Positions 1-14,861 of a stretch of 64,000 nucleotides of DNA are shown piece by piece. The DNA is from Macrostomum lignano (taxonomy: Eukaryota). The DNA is taken from contig NIVC01001036.1 in the NCBI GenBank assembly GCA_002269645.1, positions 124,001 to 188,000 of the forward strand, written 5' to 3'. The position numbers were made by a program, and so were the translations under genes. Within the stretch, counting starts at the first letter, position 1. Each line of letters starts with the position of its first letter. Below the pieces are notes generated by a model, which searched no databases, was not told where the DNA came from, and worked only from the letters and a program-made list of their open reading frames with translations.

Positions 1-616
1 CAACTTCCACCCGCTCGCCCTCTCGCCTTGCTCCGTCCCCAAACCCGACTGCTCAGCCGCAGCCTTTCAGCGCAGCCTTGATTTATTGCCTCTGCGCCCC
101 TGTCCCACTTTTTCTTCGCCTTTCACGGCAGAATTTGAGCAGTGTTCTCCTACCGGTTTCCCCTGCGAGTGAGTCCTTCCCCTCGCCTCCCATCGCGGGG
201 ACACGGGAGGGGAAGCCGGGAGAGGGAGACTTTCTGGAAGGGATTACCGTCGGGGGACCTTAATTAGAGCCGCGGAGGCGGCTTCGGGGCCTTTCTGTTC
301 CATCTCTTTTTTTATTTTTGCCACCTCTGCCTGTCGCAGATCTCTAAGTGGGAGTGCCGCAGAAGCAGCCGAAGCCGGCACGGAAAGAGCTGACAGCCCC
401 TATTGGGGTTGAGAGAGTATTTTAAAGCAGGCTTTAGTCCATCTTTTCCTTTGCACTGTCCCTTTATCTGTTTGTACTCAATCGAGTATGTGTACCCCGT
501 GTGTAATCGGACATTTCTATTGAAAAAATAACTTGTTTCAATATTGTAAAAGTTGTGAATTTAAAATAGGATCTATAATAAGGCTTGTACGGTTCTTGAA
601 AAAATGCTTTCTTACT

Positions 617-1050
617 CTATCAGAGGTCCTTGACAGCCAGCTCACTATCAGAGGTCCTTGACAGCCAGCCAGCTCACTATCAGAGGTCCTTGTCAGCCAG
701 CTAACCCACTATCAGAGGTCCTTGGCAGCCAGCTAACCCACTATCAGAGGTCCTTGGCAGCCAGCTAGCTCAATATCAGAGGTCCTTTCCAGCCAGCTAA
801 CCCACTATCAGAGGTCCTTGGCAGCCAGCTAACCCACTATCAGAGGTCCTTGGCAGCCAGCTAACCCACTATCAGAGGTCCTTGGCAGCCAGCTAACCCA
901 CTATCAGAGGTCCTTGGCAGCCAGCTAACCCACTATCAGAGGTCCTTGGCAGCCAGCTAACCCACTATCAGAGGTCCTTGGCAGCCAGCTAACCCACTAT
1001 CAGAGGTCCTTGGCAGCCAGCTAACCCACTATCAGAGGTCCTTGGCAGCC
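617..1050. repeat. 32-nt minisatellite (CTAACCCACTATCAGAGGTCCTTGGCAGCCAG), ~14 copies
   Basis: Direct tandem periodicity read from sequence. Confidence 0.97.
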
Positions 1051-2568
1051 TTGTTGCTGGCCAGGCATAATCTGGGCAGTGCGGATGCAGCTCTGTTTGC
1101 CATGAGAGGCTGGCAGCCAGGCTCACAAGGCGTTGATTTTGAGCCCCCAGGGCGGACAGATCTCAGATGCTCCATCCCAGTTGCATTTCCCAATTCCATT
1201 TTCTCCCTTTTTACTCGGCTTCCTTTCGTCTCTCCGCCTCTCTACATCCCAGGCCGTTATTTCCCAGCTCAAATCCTGGCAACAAATCCCAGCTTCGCCC
1301 CAAAAAGCCCCCCCCCCTCATCCGATTGCGTAACGCGAGAAGGCAATCAAAGGGGACGCCCTCGTCGATGCGGTCTTGAGAGGATGCCGCGGAGATGGAG
1401 AAACGAGATGAAGCTCTACTGTAAGAAGGTCAGCTGCTCATTTGGGGCAATCAAAAAGCAATGCTGAATGCATCTTTCCTTGAGCTTTTCTCCAATCTAG
1501 AAGAAGCGAGGGAGGCAACCCGTTTGCTTCTAGCAGACGGAAAGAGGAAAAAGAAAGCAGGTTTTTTCGGTTCTCCAGCGATTTGGTATTTTTCGAATAT
1601 TCTCGAACGAGTTATCGACCAAGTATTGAAGATTGAGACGACTTATTATAAGACTTCAAGCTAATTATATAGGACGGCAAAGTTAAGCAGAGTTGGCCGC
1701 GGTTAGTACGCAGATGGATAGTGACAGTGAGCAGCTGACCCACTTTGACTTCCTATGTCCTCGGTTGCTGTCCATTGCTAATAAGCCGCTCCAATGGTTC
1801 CAAATGAATTCTGAAGATACGAACAGAAAGAGACAGAAGTATTTTAATCTAAAAGACCCCTACCCGGTCATGGAGAGATCTAATTAAAAAAACGAGGGGA
1901 AGAAAGAATCCCTTTTTTGATTATTATTAATTAATGCGACGCGGTTTGTCCCCCGGCTCAGCTGAGCAGAGAAAAAACATCGGGGGGGGGGTGGATTCGT
2001 GCCTTATAAGAAACCTTAGAAAAAATTTAGCCAAGCAGATGCTCAATAGGGCTTAGAAATATGAATTATTGGCCAATAAGCCGAGATTCATCTCGCCCAA
2101 TACAGGCGGGGGGGGGGGAGAAGTTGATGGATTCAGACCAAGCAGCCAGAATTAGTTCTGAGCTTAGGAAGCTCCGAACTCAAAGCTTTCAGCGAGGCTC
2201 AGAAGCAGAACAGGGGAGTGTGCGTGACTTCTCTGGGACTCCACTTAAACTAGGGAAAACTGTAGCTCTTAGCTCTCGGTTAAGCCCAATGTCCGTTCGC
2301 GCACCTAACTGAAATCCGGGCGAGAAGGGAAGGGCAGGGAGAGAGGGGGCCACTTGACTAAATAATGTTTCTAAGGCCTGTTGTGAGACAGCAGTTGAAA
2401 TTTGCTGACTATGCTCATAAACTAGCTAAGCTGTCTGACAACTGTTTCAAGCACTTCACATTCACAATGAGACCAAATGTGGCCTAAATTAGTGAATTTT
2501 ATTCCATATTTCATTGATTCGATGATTGAAATTTGTCAGGTATTGCATCAATTATCCACTCAGCTCAC

Positions 2569-2847
2569 TTTCGATTTCTACACTAAGCTGAGACTTGGCT
2601 TGCTTATCGGAAGCCCGGCTGGCTCTGCAGCAGCAGCAGCAGCAGCAGCAGCTCTCACTTCGCTCAGCCCAAGTCTCTCCATCTGCATTCAGCCTAAGTG
2701 GAGGAGAGGCTCGGTCAGTAAACGTTTGCGCTCCAAACCAGGTGTATGCAGACGAGCCTCTCTCTCTCTCCGCCTCTTCCGCTTGTCCGGCCCTCTTTGC
2801 CCTCTTGTTGGGCAGAGAGTAATAGTTGATATAGGAGGATAGGGGGT
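2569..2847 (-). CDS. Candidate internal exon (phase 1-1, 279 nt), unknown product
   Basis: Acceptor ccctcccccttacag| and donor GAAA|GTGAGC. Open in the 2552-2971 frame (DPLSSYINYYSLPNKRAKRAG...), but this frame reads a Cys8 run from a CTG repeat and the region could be UTR-like. Confidence 0.25.
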
Positions 2848-4385
2848 CTGTAAGGGGGAGGGCGAAGCTGCAAAAGGGGGGCGGGGCACGATGGGAGGTT
2901 GGTAGAGAGAGAGAAGCGTATGATGAAGCTGCAGCCGCTGCTGCTGCTGGTGATGCTGGACCCGGAGACAAAACTGGGCCCGCCTACTCCCCCCGGTCCC
3001 CCCCCCCTAACTAGACAGTCTACCGGGAGTCAGCCGGCCTCCAGACCCTCGCTCTCTCCTCTCTCACTCTTAGCCAGGTGATTGACATGGCTAGATGTCG
3101 CCGTAGTCCCACAGGCACCCTCCGGGCGTGCCAATCAACTTTTTTGCTCTCCCTCTTTCTCTCTTCACGAACAGAGTTAAGGGAGCGTAGAGCTTGGCCA
3201 ATTGAGAGGTTAGCCTATGCTGCTGCGACCGCTGCCGCTACTTCGGCAGCAGGCATAGCAGAGAAGTTAAAAGAAAAGGAGGGTAGATGGTCCAACTGCA
3301 CCTCCTATAGGCACACGCAAAAGTTTGTCTGTCCCGCGGTGAGATCAGCTGGCAGAGACTCAAAATCGCTACTTAATTTAGGAAATTGAGAGACAGGGAG
3401 AAACAGGGAGAAGAGAGAGAGAGAGAGAGAGTGCAAAATGAGACACCAGATGATGACAGACGGACAGCCCGTGGGTCCCTGCTGTGCGAGCAATGGCTGC
3501 TATGATTAATTAAGGCACTAAACTGACGCAAATGTCTCCAGCTTGATTGCCTGCACCTCATATTTTTACAACGCACGCGCGCAGGCAAAAACGCATCAAT
3601 CTGCCTGTAAAATGTAAATGTAGAAATAGCCCTGGATATGGTTTACAGCCACTGGAAAGACAGATTTTAGCACTGCTGGTTGGGGGGGTGAGAGGCAGAC
3701 ATCTGTGACACCCTGCCACGATCGAAAATTAAGGTAAACAATTGGAAACTGCGAATCTTCATCGGTTTTTTTAACCAGTAAAGAAAAAGCGAAACTTTTC
3801 AAAAGAAATTATATTTCCCGTCATTTCCTTTTGACAAGTTTTTCTTGTTTCTGTGGAGAAAAAGAGAGACAGACAGAGAAAAGGGAGAAAATTTGCGATG
3901 GTGGGGCCAGGGAGCCCCCCTCCGGGCGACCCCCCAGGAGAGTCTGACCCCAGCGAGCAACCAGGTTGACCTTATGAAAAACTGCTTTTTGGTCTTGTGG
4001 GCCCGAAGGGGACGAACGTCAGTCAATTGAGGCAGGCCCCACTCACCTTTTGGATTCGAGGTGACGGGAGCAGATTGGTAGTATCTTTCCCAGTCTCTCT
4101 CTCTTGCCAAATTGCTTCGGCTGTCCGGTTGGAATTCTCCACTGAACCCCCTCCCCCACCCCTAACCCGCCCCAACCTTTTCTCCTAGCCGAATGCTGCT
4201 TGGTCTGTGCCACCTGACTGCACTGGGTGGTCCGGCCTACCATACCTACCTCTTTACTAGTGCTTAACTGTTCGAATTTGGCATCAAATTAATCTAGTGT
4301 TGCTTGTGAATAACTCCTTCATAAGCACGAGTATGCGAGTGTAGTCAACAATGAATTAAGATACTAGGAACTCGCAACGGATCTT

Positions 4386-5043
4386 ACCCTGTGTGAGATA
4401 CAGAGTGTGTACACCCTGTGTGAGATACAGAGAGTGTACACCCTGTGTGAGATACAGAGAGTGTACACCCTGTGTGAGATACAGAGAGTGTACACCCTGT
4501 GTGAGATACAGAGAGTGTACACCCTGTGTGAGATACAGAGAGTGCACACCCTGTGTGAGATACAGAGTGTGTACACCCTGTGTGAGATACAGAGAGTGTA
4601 CACCCTGTGTGAGATACAGAGAGTGTACACCCTGTGTGAGATACAGAGAGTGCACACCCTGTGTGAGATACAGAGTGTGTACACCCTGTGTGAGATACAG
4701 AGAGTGTACACCCTGTGTGAGATACAGAGAGTGTACACCCTGTGTGAGATACAGAGAGTGCACACCCTGTGTGAGATACAGAGAGTGCACACCCTGTGTG
4801 AGATACAGAGAGCGTACACCCTGTGTGAGATACAGAGAGTGTACACCCTGTGTGAGATACAGAGATTGTACACCCTGTGTGAGATAGAGAGCGTACACCC
4901 TGTGTGAGATACAGAGAGTGTACACCCTGTGTGAGATACAGAGATTGTACACCCTGTGTGAGATACAGAGAGTGTACACCCTGTGTGAGATACAGAGAGT
5001 GTACACCCTGTGTGAGATACAGAGAGTGTACACCCTGTGTGAG
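4386..5043. repeat. 27-nt minisatellite (ACCCTGTGTGAGATACAGAGAGTGTAC), ~24 copies
   Basis: Tandem periodicity; shares TGTACACCCTGTGTGAG with dispersed SINE copies. Confidence 0.97.
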
Positions 5044-5506
5044 CTTTGTCTTGTCGCTGGCTGCCGGCCAACTTTTGGCATCCCTGATTTTCGGCAGCGC
5101 CTCAACGACACCTGCAGACGATCTATCAGTGCGCCTCTTCACTTCGCTTCAAGACTTGATAGATCATGCCTAACCCTCATGCCAAATTATGTAGAATTTC
5201 TCCCGAGAGATTTGCATATCTATATTTTTCCAAAATTATCAACTGGCACAAGCTGTAGGCTGTGGATTCGCTGTCAGACTTGTCCGGACAGTCAGAAATA
5301 TATTCTATCGCTAAGAGATGCAACAGAGAAAATCCGTATTGTTTATCTAGCGATCTTCCAGGGCGGCCTCTCCACGGCAGAAAGGAATTAGCTGGATGCG
5401 GTAAAACCATTGCGAATATGACGGAGAGGCAGGGTGCAGGGCTGGTGTGTTTGTACTGCCAAGTACGGTGGAGTACTAAGAGTGTTTGAGACTGGAGTGA
5501 AGCCGC

Positions 5507-6823
5507 AAACCCTACCCTCCTGGTCCTTCAAGCCCTACCCTCCTGGGTCCTTCAAACCCTACCCTACTGGGTCCTTCAAACCCCACCCTACTGGGTCTTC
5601 AAACCCTAACCTACTGGGTCCTTCAAACCCTACCCTACTGGGTCCTTCAAACCCTACCCTACTGGGTCCTTCAAACCCTACCCTACTGGATCCTTCAAAC
5701 CCTACCCTACTGGGTCCTTCAAACCCTAACCTACTGGGTCCTTCAAACCCTACCCTACTGGGTCCTTCAAACCCTACCCTACTGGGTCCTTCAAACCCTA
5801 CCCTACTGGGTCCTTCAAACCCTACCCTACTGGATCCTTCAAACCCTACCCTACTGGGTCCTTCAAACCCTACCCTACTGGGTCCTTCAAACCCTACCCT
5901 ACTGAGTCCTTCAAACCCTACCCTCCTGGGTCCTTCAAACCCTACCCTACTGGGTCCTTCAAACCCTACCCTACTGGGTCCTTCAAACCCTACCCTACTG
6001 GGTCCTTCAAACCCTACCCTACTGGATCCTTCAAACCCTACCCTACTGGGTCCTTCAAACCCTACCCTACTGGGTCCTTCAAACCCTACCCTACTGGGTC
6101 CTTCAAACCCTACCCTACTGGGTCCTTCAAACCCTACCCTACTGGATCCTTCAAACCCTACCCTACTGGGTCCTTCAAACCCTACCCTACTGGGTCCTTC
6201 AAACCCTACCCTACTGGGTCCTTCAAACCCTACCCTCCTGGGTCCTTCAAACCCTACCCTACTGGGTCCTTCAAACCCTAACCTACTGGATCCTTCAAAC
6301 CCTACCCTACTGGGTCCTTCAAACCCTACCCTCCTGGGTCCTTCAAACCCTACCCTACTGGGTCCTTCAAACCCTAACCTACTGGATCCTTCAAACCCTA
6401 CCCTACTGGGTCCTTCAAACCCTACCCTACTGGATCCTTCAAACCCTACCCTACTGGGTCCTTCAAACCCTACCCTACTGGATCTTCAAACCCTACCCTA
6501 CTGGGTCCTTCAAACCCTAACCTACTGGATCCTTCAAACCCTACCCTACTGGGTCCTTCAAACCCTACCCTACTGGGTCCTTCAAACCCTACCCTACTGG
6601 GTCCTTCAAACCCTACCCTACTGGATCCTTCAAACCCTACCCTACTGGGTCCTTCAAACCCTACCCTCCTGGGTCCTTCAAACCCTACCCTACTGGGTCC
6701 TTCAAACCCTACCCTACTGGATCCTTCAAACCCTACCTTACTGGGTCCTTCAAACCCTACCCTACTGGGTCCTTCAAACCCTACCCTACTGGGTCCTTCA
6801 AACCCTACCCTACTGGGTCCTTC
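5507..6823. repeat. 24-nt minisatellite (CCTTCAAACCCTACCCTACTGGGT), ~55 copies
   Basis: Tandem periodicity; explains ORF 5434-6855. Confidence 0.97.
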
Positions 6824-8467
6824 ATGGGGGGCCGATGCCCTACCTCACGATCTGACCTTACTTCTGGAAATACTTGGCCTCTACACAAAATGCATTAGGG
6901 AAGTGTTAGATATTGAATTATGGGATATTCTCCCCCTCCCACTCTCTCTCTCTCCCCTTTCGGGGCATCGGAATGCGGAATCAATGACACCAAGCAGACT
7001 ATGAGAGTTTAGTTTATACAGCAACTGACTTCACAGCGGCGATTTAGATGAAGAGAGAGGGAGAGGGAGGGAGATAGGTCTACATTAGAGACTGGGAGGT
7101 GAAGAGGCTGGAGGCTATGCATAATGCTTATATACAGAGCCTGCATATACAGGGTGAGGGAGGCCTGTGGAAATTTTGGAAATTATTTTGCTCTATAGAG
7201 AAGGGCAGCCGAGGTCAATTTACAGATTTAATTAAACTTGAGGGCGGGGCCGCCGCTGCAGCAGTCGCGGCTCTCTGTTGAAATGCTAGAGCGAATGATT
7301 TCTAGAAGAGTCAATTGCATGCTAGGAATTTTCTAGCGAGAGCTATACATGGTTATGCAATTATATGGTTATTACGCAATATCTGTACAACCGGAAGTGC
7401 TGCATCCCCAAGGCCGGAAGCGAGCACTCGAGGCAATAGAATGTTTCTAACCATAGCTACTATCATAGTGTGTTTTGTTGTTTTTAATTTACAAATTCGC
7501 ACCTGCCGAGGGAGCCGTCTCAAGAAAATGGAAGCCCCTTTTTTACGTCTCCAGCCTCGCTCTCTTCTGTTACGTAATTCCCAGAATCGAGTGACTGTTT
7601 TTTCCGAATCGAAGTGTGCTTCCTTCTGCAGCACATATTTTCCAGGTCTCTATTAACAACTCAGCTTATAAAAGGGCCAGCCCCCCAAGACACACAGAGT
7701 GTACATGCATCGAAGTCGCAAATCCACTTAACAATCTGGCATTGCAAACCCACATTGAAGAAGCCAGTTCTACCATAAACAATCGTCTCTATCCTCTTCA
7801 AAAGTCCCGCTTTCTTGACAAAGTTTAAAAGTCGATTTAAAACTTTCTAGACAAGCCCGAGGCCCTGAAATCCAATATCCGTTTCTGGGAGTCCAACTAC
7901 CACTTATCCCCATACATTTTTCTCCCCAACACGCTTGGCTAGAAGCTCTGGAAATCTGAGAAATCCCCCAGATTTCAGCAGCCACTTCCTGCCCCAGTTC
8001 TTGCAACACGAGCCTACAATCAACTTAAATTCAAAATGCGAGTGCCGCAGAAGTGGATTTGACTGATTTTTGCGCCCCCCCACTTTTTCACTACTACACT
8101 TGGAAATGGCAAGCAGGGAGCAAAGTGGATTGAAGACAGTTGCAGACAAGCGCCCTGATTTTAGTGGGAGCGAAGAGAATGCAGTAAAGTCTGCCACTCT
8201 TACAAGAGAGGGTTGGGGAGAAACTCAATGGTTCTAGGAATTTTGAAATACCAGGAGACAAGCTGTCAAGAAAACAGACAATGGGAGATAGTCGCCTGCG
8301 TCCGTCATCATGCTGATGGGGCTTCATTTTTGCGTGCAGAGCGTATCTGGCCTTTTGTGATGGCCATTGTGATGCTGAATAATGGCGCTATTGACTTTAG
8401 TTTGGCGCCAAAACCTATAATGTCAATCTAGTGCTGAAAACTTCGAGAATTTAAGGTGAGATACTTG

Positions 8468-9115
8468 AGTTAGGCGTTATATTATAAAATTAGGCACCAT
8501 ATGGTAGAATTAGGCGTCAGATTATAGAATTAGGCATCAGATCATAGAATTAGGCGTCAGATTATAGAATTAGGCGTCAGATTATAGAATTAGGCGTCAG
8601 ATTATATAATTAAGCACCATATTATAGAATTAAGCGCCAGATGATAGAATTAGGCGTCAGATCATAGAATTAGGCGTCAGATCATAGAATTTGGCGTCAG
8701 ATCATAGAATTAGGCGTCAGATCATAGGATTAGGCGCCAGATTATTGAATTAGGCGCCAGATCATAGGATTAGGCGTCAGATCATAGGATTAGGCGCCAG
8801 ATGATTGAATTAGGCGCCAGATCATAGGATTAGGCGTCAGATCATAGGATTAGGCGCCAGATGATTGAATTAGGCGTCAGATCATAGGATTAGGCGTCAG
8901 ATGATTGAATTAGGCGTCAGATCATAGGATTAGGCGTCAGATGATTGAATTAGGCGCCAGATCATAGAATTAGGCGCCAGATGATTGAATTAGGCGCCAG
9001 ATTATTGAATCAGGAGCCATGTTACGGAAATAAGTGCCAGATTAATTAATTAGGCTTCAGACAATTGAATTAGGCGCCAGATCATTAAATTAGGCGCCAG
9101 ATGATAGACTTAGGC
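8468..9115. repeat. 20-nt minisatellite (AATTAGGCGTCAGATCATAG-like), ~32 copies
   Basis: Tandem periodicity. Confidence 0.95.
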
Positions 9116-9202
9116 TCTATTCTTGAACTGAACCATAGTCTTGGTCCCCGGTACCAGTGCACCCAGCCCACCTTAATTAAACCTGACTGTCTCTGACAAT
9201 AT

Positions 9203-9209
9203 CGAGAGA

Positions 9210-9287
<78 letters not shown>
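9203..9287. repeat. (AG)n microsatellite
   Basis: Direct. Confidence 0.98.
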
Positions 9288-9290
<3 letters not shown>

Positions 9291-9514
9291 CATAATCCAG
9301 CGTTATGAAGTCGGGACTCGAGGCCCCGGCTAATAGGGATCTGGACTCGGGTTCGCGCGGCCAGGGGATCAGGCGCCGAGATTGGATGACGCCGCTGGGG
9401 AATCCGGAGGAGCCCAGCAGACTTTTATGCTGAGTGTTCGGCTCTCCGATTTTAGCGAGATTTAATGGGATAAAAGATTCGAAGGCCTGGACTTGGTAAA
9501 AGATTTATTTGAGA

Positions 9515-10270
9515 CGCGATAAGATGACTGGGATAAAATCTGATTAGACTAGATATGATGCGGCATCAGATGAGACAGACTGCGACAAAATTGGACCGAG
9601 ACAGATGTAATAAAACCCAAAAATTGTTTTCTTAATTAGATACCATGGGAATAGATCCCATGAGATTGGATCTGATTAGATTTTTGACGAGATACATTTT
9701 TATTAGAACCTGTGAAATTAGGTGTTATGAGATTAGATAACATGAGAATAGAATCCGCGAGATTAGACTCCATAAGATTAGATCCCGTGAGATTAGATCC
9801 TATGAGACTATATCCTATGATATTAGATGCCGTGAGGATTCGATCTCATGAGATTAGATACCATGATATTTATTAGATCCCATGAGATTAGATACCATAA
9901 GATTAGATCCCATGAGATTGGATCCCGTGAGATCAGATTCGATCAGATCTAATACAACTAGACTAGACAGCTAGATAGAATCCCGTCGGACAGTAATTAG
10001 ATCCCGTGAGATTAGATTCCACGAGATTAGATAACTTAAGATAAGATCCCGTGAGATTAGATTTAATCAGATCTAATACAAATAGACTAGACAGCTAGAT
10101 AGAATCCCGTCGGACAGTAAGTAGATCCCGTGAGATTAGATACCATGAGATTAGACCCCGTGAGATTGGATCCCATGAGAGTAGATCCCATGAGATTAGA
10201 TGCCATAAGATTACATCCCGTGAGATTAGATTCGATCAGATCTAATACAACTAGACTAGACACAGCTAGA
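9515..10270. repeat. Degenerate ~15-nt minisatellite (GAGATTAGATCCCAT)
   Basis: Recurring ATTAGATCCC(A/G)TGAG motif with decay. Confidence 0.85.
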
Positions 10271-11221
10271 TAGGCTCCCGTCAGAGAGTAAGCATGGAAC
10301 GAATCTCTATCCCGCTCCAACTTGCATCCAACAGACGGAGACGAATATTATTTCAGACTGAGACTGGCAGGCAATTAAATTTGCATGACTGCAAGGAGCG
10401 AGAGTCTCCCGGATGCCACACGGCCTTCAACAGCAATTCTGACTAGCTTCTGGACGCGACAAGATTTCGCAAGAAATTTTAAAGACAGAGGAACATGACC
10501 GCTTGCCGGCAGTCTTTATCAAAGAAGGCAAAATAGACAGGATAAAATTAGGATAGTTCAAAGATCCCAGACGGAATAGAATCGAATTGAGAAGCTTTTG
10601 AGCTCGCTAGAAATCTCTTCTGTCTCTCTCTCTCTCTCTCTCTCCAGGCCTTCGCACTTCCTGTATTATTTATTCGGGTTGGGAGAAAATGGAGCAGCAG
10701 GCACAGCAGCCGCAACAGTCCCAAGAGTGAGGGGCGGCCATAGGCTTAGTAGAATTTCCAATCGTCCCTCTTTGACTGTGTTGCTTCCGCGCTTAGAAAA
10801 GAAGATTTCTTAGAAAATTAGACAGTGAATAATAGGAAAGGCTTGAAGGCTTGTCGTGCGTGTCCGGGGGAGGGGTCTTTTCTAGCGCAGGAAGTTTCGC
10901 CTGATTGCGTAACGGCTGGCTGGGAGATCACTGACACTGGAGGAAGGGCTCGGGGTTCGGAAGCGACGACTTGACGACGTGGTGACCGAACACTCGATAC
11001 TTCGGTTGCTTGGCGCGACCGACTGCGTTTTATCTTGCCGCTTGACCGGCTCCCGCAGCCTCCAGTTCTCCGCCATCAAATTGTGGCATCCCTTCGACTG
11101 ACAGCTGCCACGTGCTCCCGGCAGGGGGCGACGGAGACTGGGAGGGGGGGGCGAGGGATCAGAACGATTTTGGCCGTGCTGTGGGGAAGCTGGGCGGGTC
11201 TGTTCATCATCTCTAAATAGG

Positions 11222-12030
11222 CCTTGTCGGGGGCGCCACTTTAAGCTTGTCGGGGGCGCCACTTCAAGCTTGTCGGGAGCGCCACTTTAAGCTTGTCGGG
11301 GGCGCCACTTCAAGCTTGTCGAGGGCGCCACTTTAAGCTTGTCGGGGGCGCCAGTGTAAGCTTGTCGGGGGCGCCACTTTAAGCTTGTCGAGGGCGCTAC
11401 TTTAAGCTTGTCGGGGGGGGGCGCCAGTTTAATCTTGTCGGGGGCGCCAGTTTAAGCTTGTCGGGGGCGCTACTTTAAGCTTGTCGGGGGCGCCAGTTTA
11501 AGCTTGTCGGGGGGGGCGCCAGTTTAAGCTTGTCGGGGGCGCTACTTTAAGCTTGTCGGAGGCGCCAGTGCAAGCTTGTCGGGGGCGCCACTTTAAGCTT
11601 GTCGAGGGCGCCACTTTAAGCTTGTCGGGGGAAGGGCGCTACTTTAAGCTTGTCGGGGTCGCCCGCCACTTTAAGCTTGTCGGGGGCGCCACTTTAAGCT
11701 TGTCGGGGGGGGGGTGCCAGTTTAATCTTGTCGGGGGGCGCCAGTTTAAGCTTGTCGGGGGCGCTACTTTAAGCTTGTCGGGGGCGCCAGTTTAAGCTTG
11801 TCGGGGGGGCGCCAGTTTAAGCTTGTCGGGGGCGCTACTTTAAGCTTGTCGGAGGCGCCAGTGCAAGCTTGTCGGGGGCGCCACTTTAAGCTTTTCGGGG
11901 TTGCCACTTTAAGCTTGTCGGGGGGGCGCCAGTTTAAGCTTGTCGGGGGCGCTACTTTAAGCTTGTCGGGTGCGCCACTTAAAGCTTGTCAGGGGGGCGC
12001 CAGTTTAAGCTTGCCAGGGGGGCGCCACTT
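11222..12030. repeat. 23-nt minisatellite (CCACTTTAAGCTTGTCGGGGGCG), ~35 copies
   Basis: Tandem periodicity; contains AAGCTT and GGCGCC palindromes. Confidence 0.97.
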
Positions 12031-13528
12031 GTTTTGGAAGGTGCTACTATTTGTCAAATGCATTTTTATTTCAGCTTGTCCAGCAGCACGACTGCATACA
12101 TGCCATAAAAATCCAGCAAATCTTCTTCTTAGTTATCTACTTCGCTGTTTATCTGGGAAAAAATCAATTTTAAATTCAGCAGCGCTTTATTATAACCACG
12201 AAATCTTGTCACGGTTTCCAGACTTTAAGAGGGTCTCCTCCGTCTCTCTCTCTCTCTCCCTACCTGCTGCTGCAGCTGAATACACATCGCTAACCTGGCC
12301 TGGATTTGAGGAATGCAGAGTTCAGATTCACTCTTGATGAATAAATATCAACTACCTCTGCATGACATATGAGGGCTTCTCCTTCTCCATCTGCTGGAGC
12401 TGCTGCTGCTACTAGAAGGATGAAGCACCGCCCATCTGTTATCTTGTGCATCTGTTATTTCATCGCTTCATCAATTCCCAATCCTCATCATAGTGTCGGT
12501 TTGAGCACGCATATAGGATCTAGTTAGTTGTTAGTCGAGAGCTAGGATTTGAGTTTTTTCCTAGCACTCGATTATTACTTACACTATGGTTAATATCGGT
12601 GCGTGCTTAACCACCAGCCTATTTAATTGGTTCAATTAAACGCCTGTGAGAAGAGTTCAGCTTGATCGCATATCAATAATGTGTTACCTCAGTGTGTTGT
12701 CAGGTTTTCTCTCTTATCCAAAGCACACACAGACGGACTGACAAGAGATCTGACAGAAGGACTGAAGTTGCTCCTGACAGCGATGGCAGCAGGGGATGCA
12801 GGGGGATGGGACTCCAGCTCTCTAACTCCCCTTGAATCCTTCTGCCCGGCTCATCCCTACAAAGCACTACTAGTTACCCTGCCCTGCACCTGTGTCTCCG
12901 CACCGGCCGCAGCGCCAGACTGCCTGTCTCCAATAGTCAACTCACTGCAGCCAGCGCAGACATGCCGCCACCGCCGCCGCAGTCTCCACCGCTCTGCCGC
13001 TTCGCTATCGCAGAAAATCGTCAATAAAATGTAAAAAAAAATGCTGACTGGTAGGTAGAGGGGACGTCGCGCCATGGTCACGCCGACAGACCACGGCGGC
13101 GGCGGCGGCGGTGGCGGCGCGGCGGCGGCGACAGTCGCGGCAGACAGACAGGTGGCGCGCAGAGGGACGGATCGAGCGGGATAGGAGATGTGGAGCTTAC
13201 AGGCTCACGGGATCTTGCGATATTGTCATCCTCAATCCCCCTCCCCAGCTGCAGGGCATTAGCAGATAAAAAAATCTCAGAAATCAATCGGGCCGCTATT
13301 ACGCGTCACCATCACCATGGCAACCGGCTGCACCAGACGGAGCATATGCGTCCCGTGGCGATCCACCCCAATTTCTAAGCAGCAAAACGGCCATCCAATT
13401 AATTAAATAATTGGAGGCTTTTGATGAGCGCTGGGGACCCTCAAAATGGCAATAACAGTAATGGAAGGTGTCACATCATTTGCCGCTTCGAGATTCGAGT
13501 GAAATTTCTTCTTATTGTCATTATTCGG

Positions 13529-13835
13529 TTTTTTTATTAGAGGCAGGGGCTGTGTGCAACCCTGGCGCACTTTATGCGACATTGTCACACAACCGGCGAG
13601 AGGCATTACTGCCCATGCCGCTACTCCTCTGAGCAGGCACACAAGCGCGCGGATACGTACGCAGTCATACCATTAGGCATGTACACTTCACTGTGCCTTG
13701 GGGTTTGAACCTTAATTGCACGAGCAGAGCCAAGCCGAGATTCCAATTTAGCCCCAAATTAATGCGACTGCACTTGGAATCGAGCCTGGGCCGCTGGCAC
13801 ATAAGAGCGCCGCGATGGACCACTGGGCTACGGCC
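13529..13835 (-). mobile_element. tRNA-derived SINE, family A, apparently full length
   Basis: Minus-strand head GGCCGTAGCCCAGTGG (A box) ... GGCTCGATTCC (B box); 3' end CTCTAATAAAAAAA; body has further copies at 16335 and 62393. Confidence 0.8.
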
Positions 13836-14466
13836 TTCCTTATTAAACTCTAAGATCAAAAATCATCAAAGCTTAAAATTGAAGCCAAACATTCAGGCAC
13901 TAAATAATAGCTTAAAACGTAGAGTAACTTCTAGAAAATATAGTTGCTATGGCAACTAAGCGCAGCGTGAAGATTGACGCGTGGAAATTCAAAATAGATT
14001 CCAAGATTATTTTTATCTGGATCTAATTATGCGATTAAATAAAGGGAAACCCAATCAAACTCCCATGCCTGCCTTTGTCTAATTCTAATCTGCTTCTAGT
14101 TGAAAAAAACAGAACAAAGCATTTGCCTCGCCGTCTAAAGAAGAAAAGGAAAAAGAGAGATGGGCAAAGAGCTGCGTTGTTTCACCGTTGACCGAGGACA
14201 AACATGAATGGGAAGTGAACTGGGGGTAAACTCCCCTCAACTGCTTAGGAACTGGACTAGTCATGCGGTACGCACTTCGCTTCAACCAAAAACTGGCGCG
14301 CCTCTCCAGGCAGAGAGGGGCAGCAGAATGCGGGATATTAAAAAATTATTTGCAAGGTTCGCTTGGCCGCGGAGACAATGCCCGCCAGTTCCAGGCGGAC
14401 CACCCGCTGAGAGAGCGAGAGGGCAGGGGATTTTCCATACTGATTCGTAGCTTAAAAAGCTGAACC

Positions 14467-14860
<394 letters not shown>

Positions 14861-14861
14861 T

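Noticed and set aside
4356-6855. Long ORFs of 89-473 aa over the 27-nt and 24-nt arrays
   Set aside because: Open in several frames because the units lack stops; no coding context apart from a speculative 4388-5111 exon
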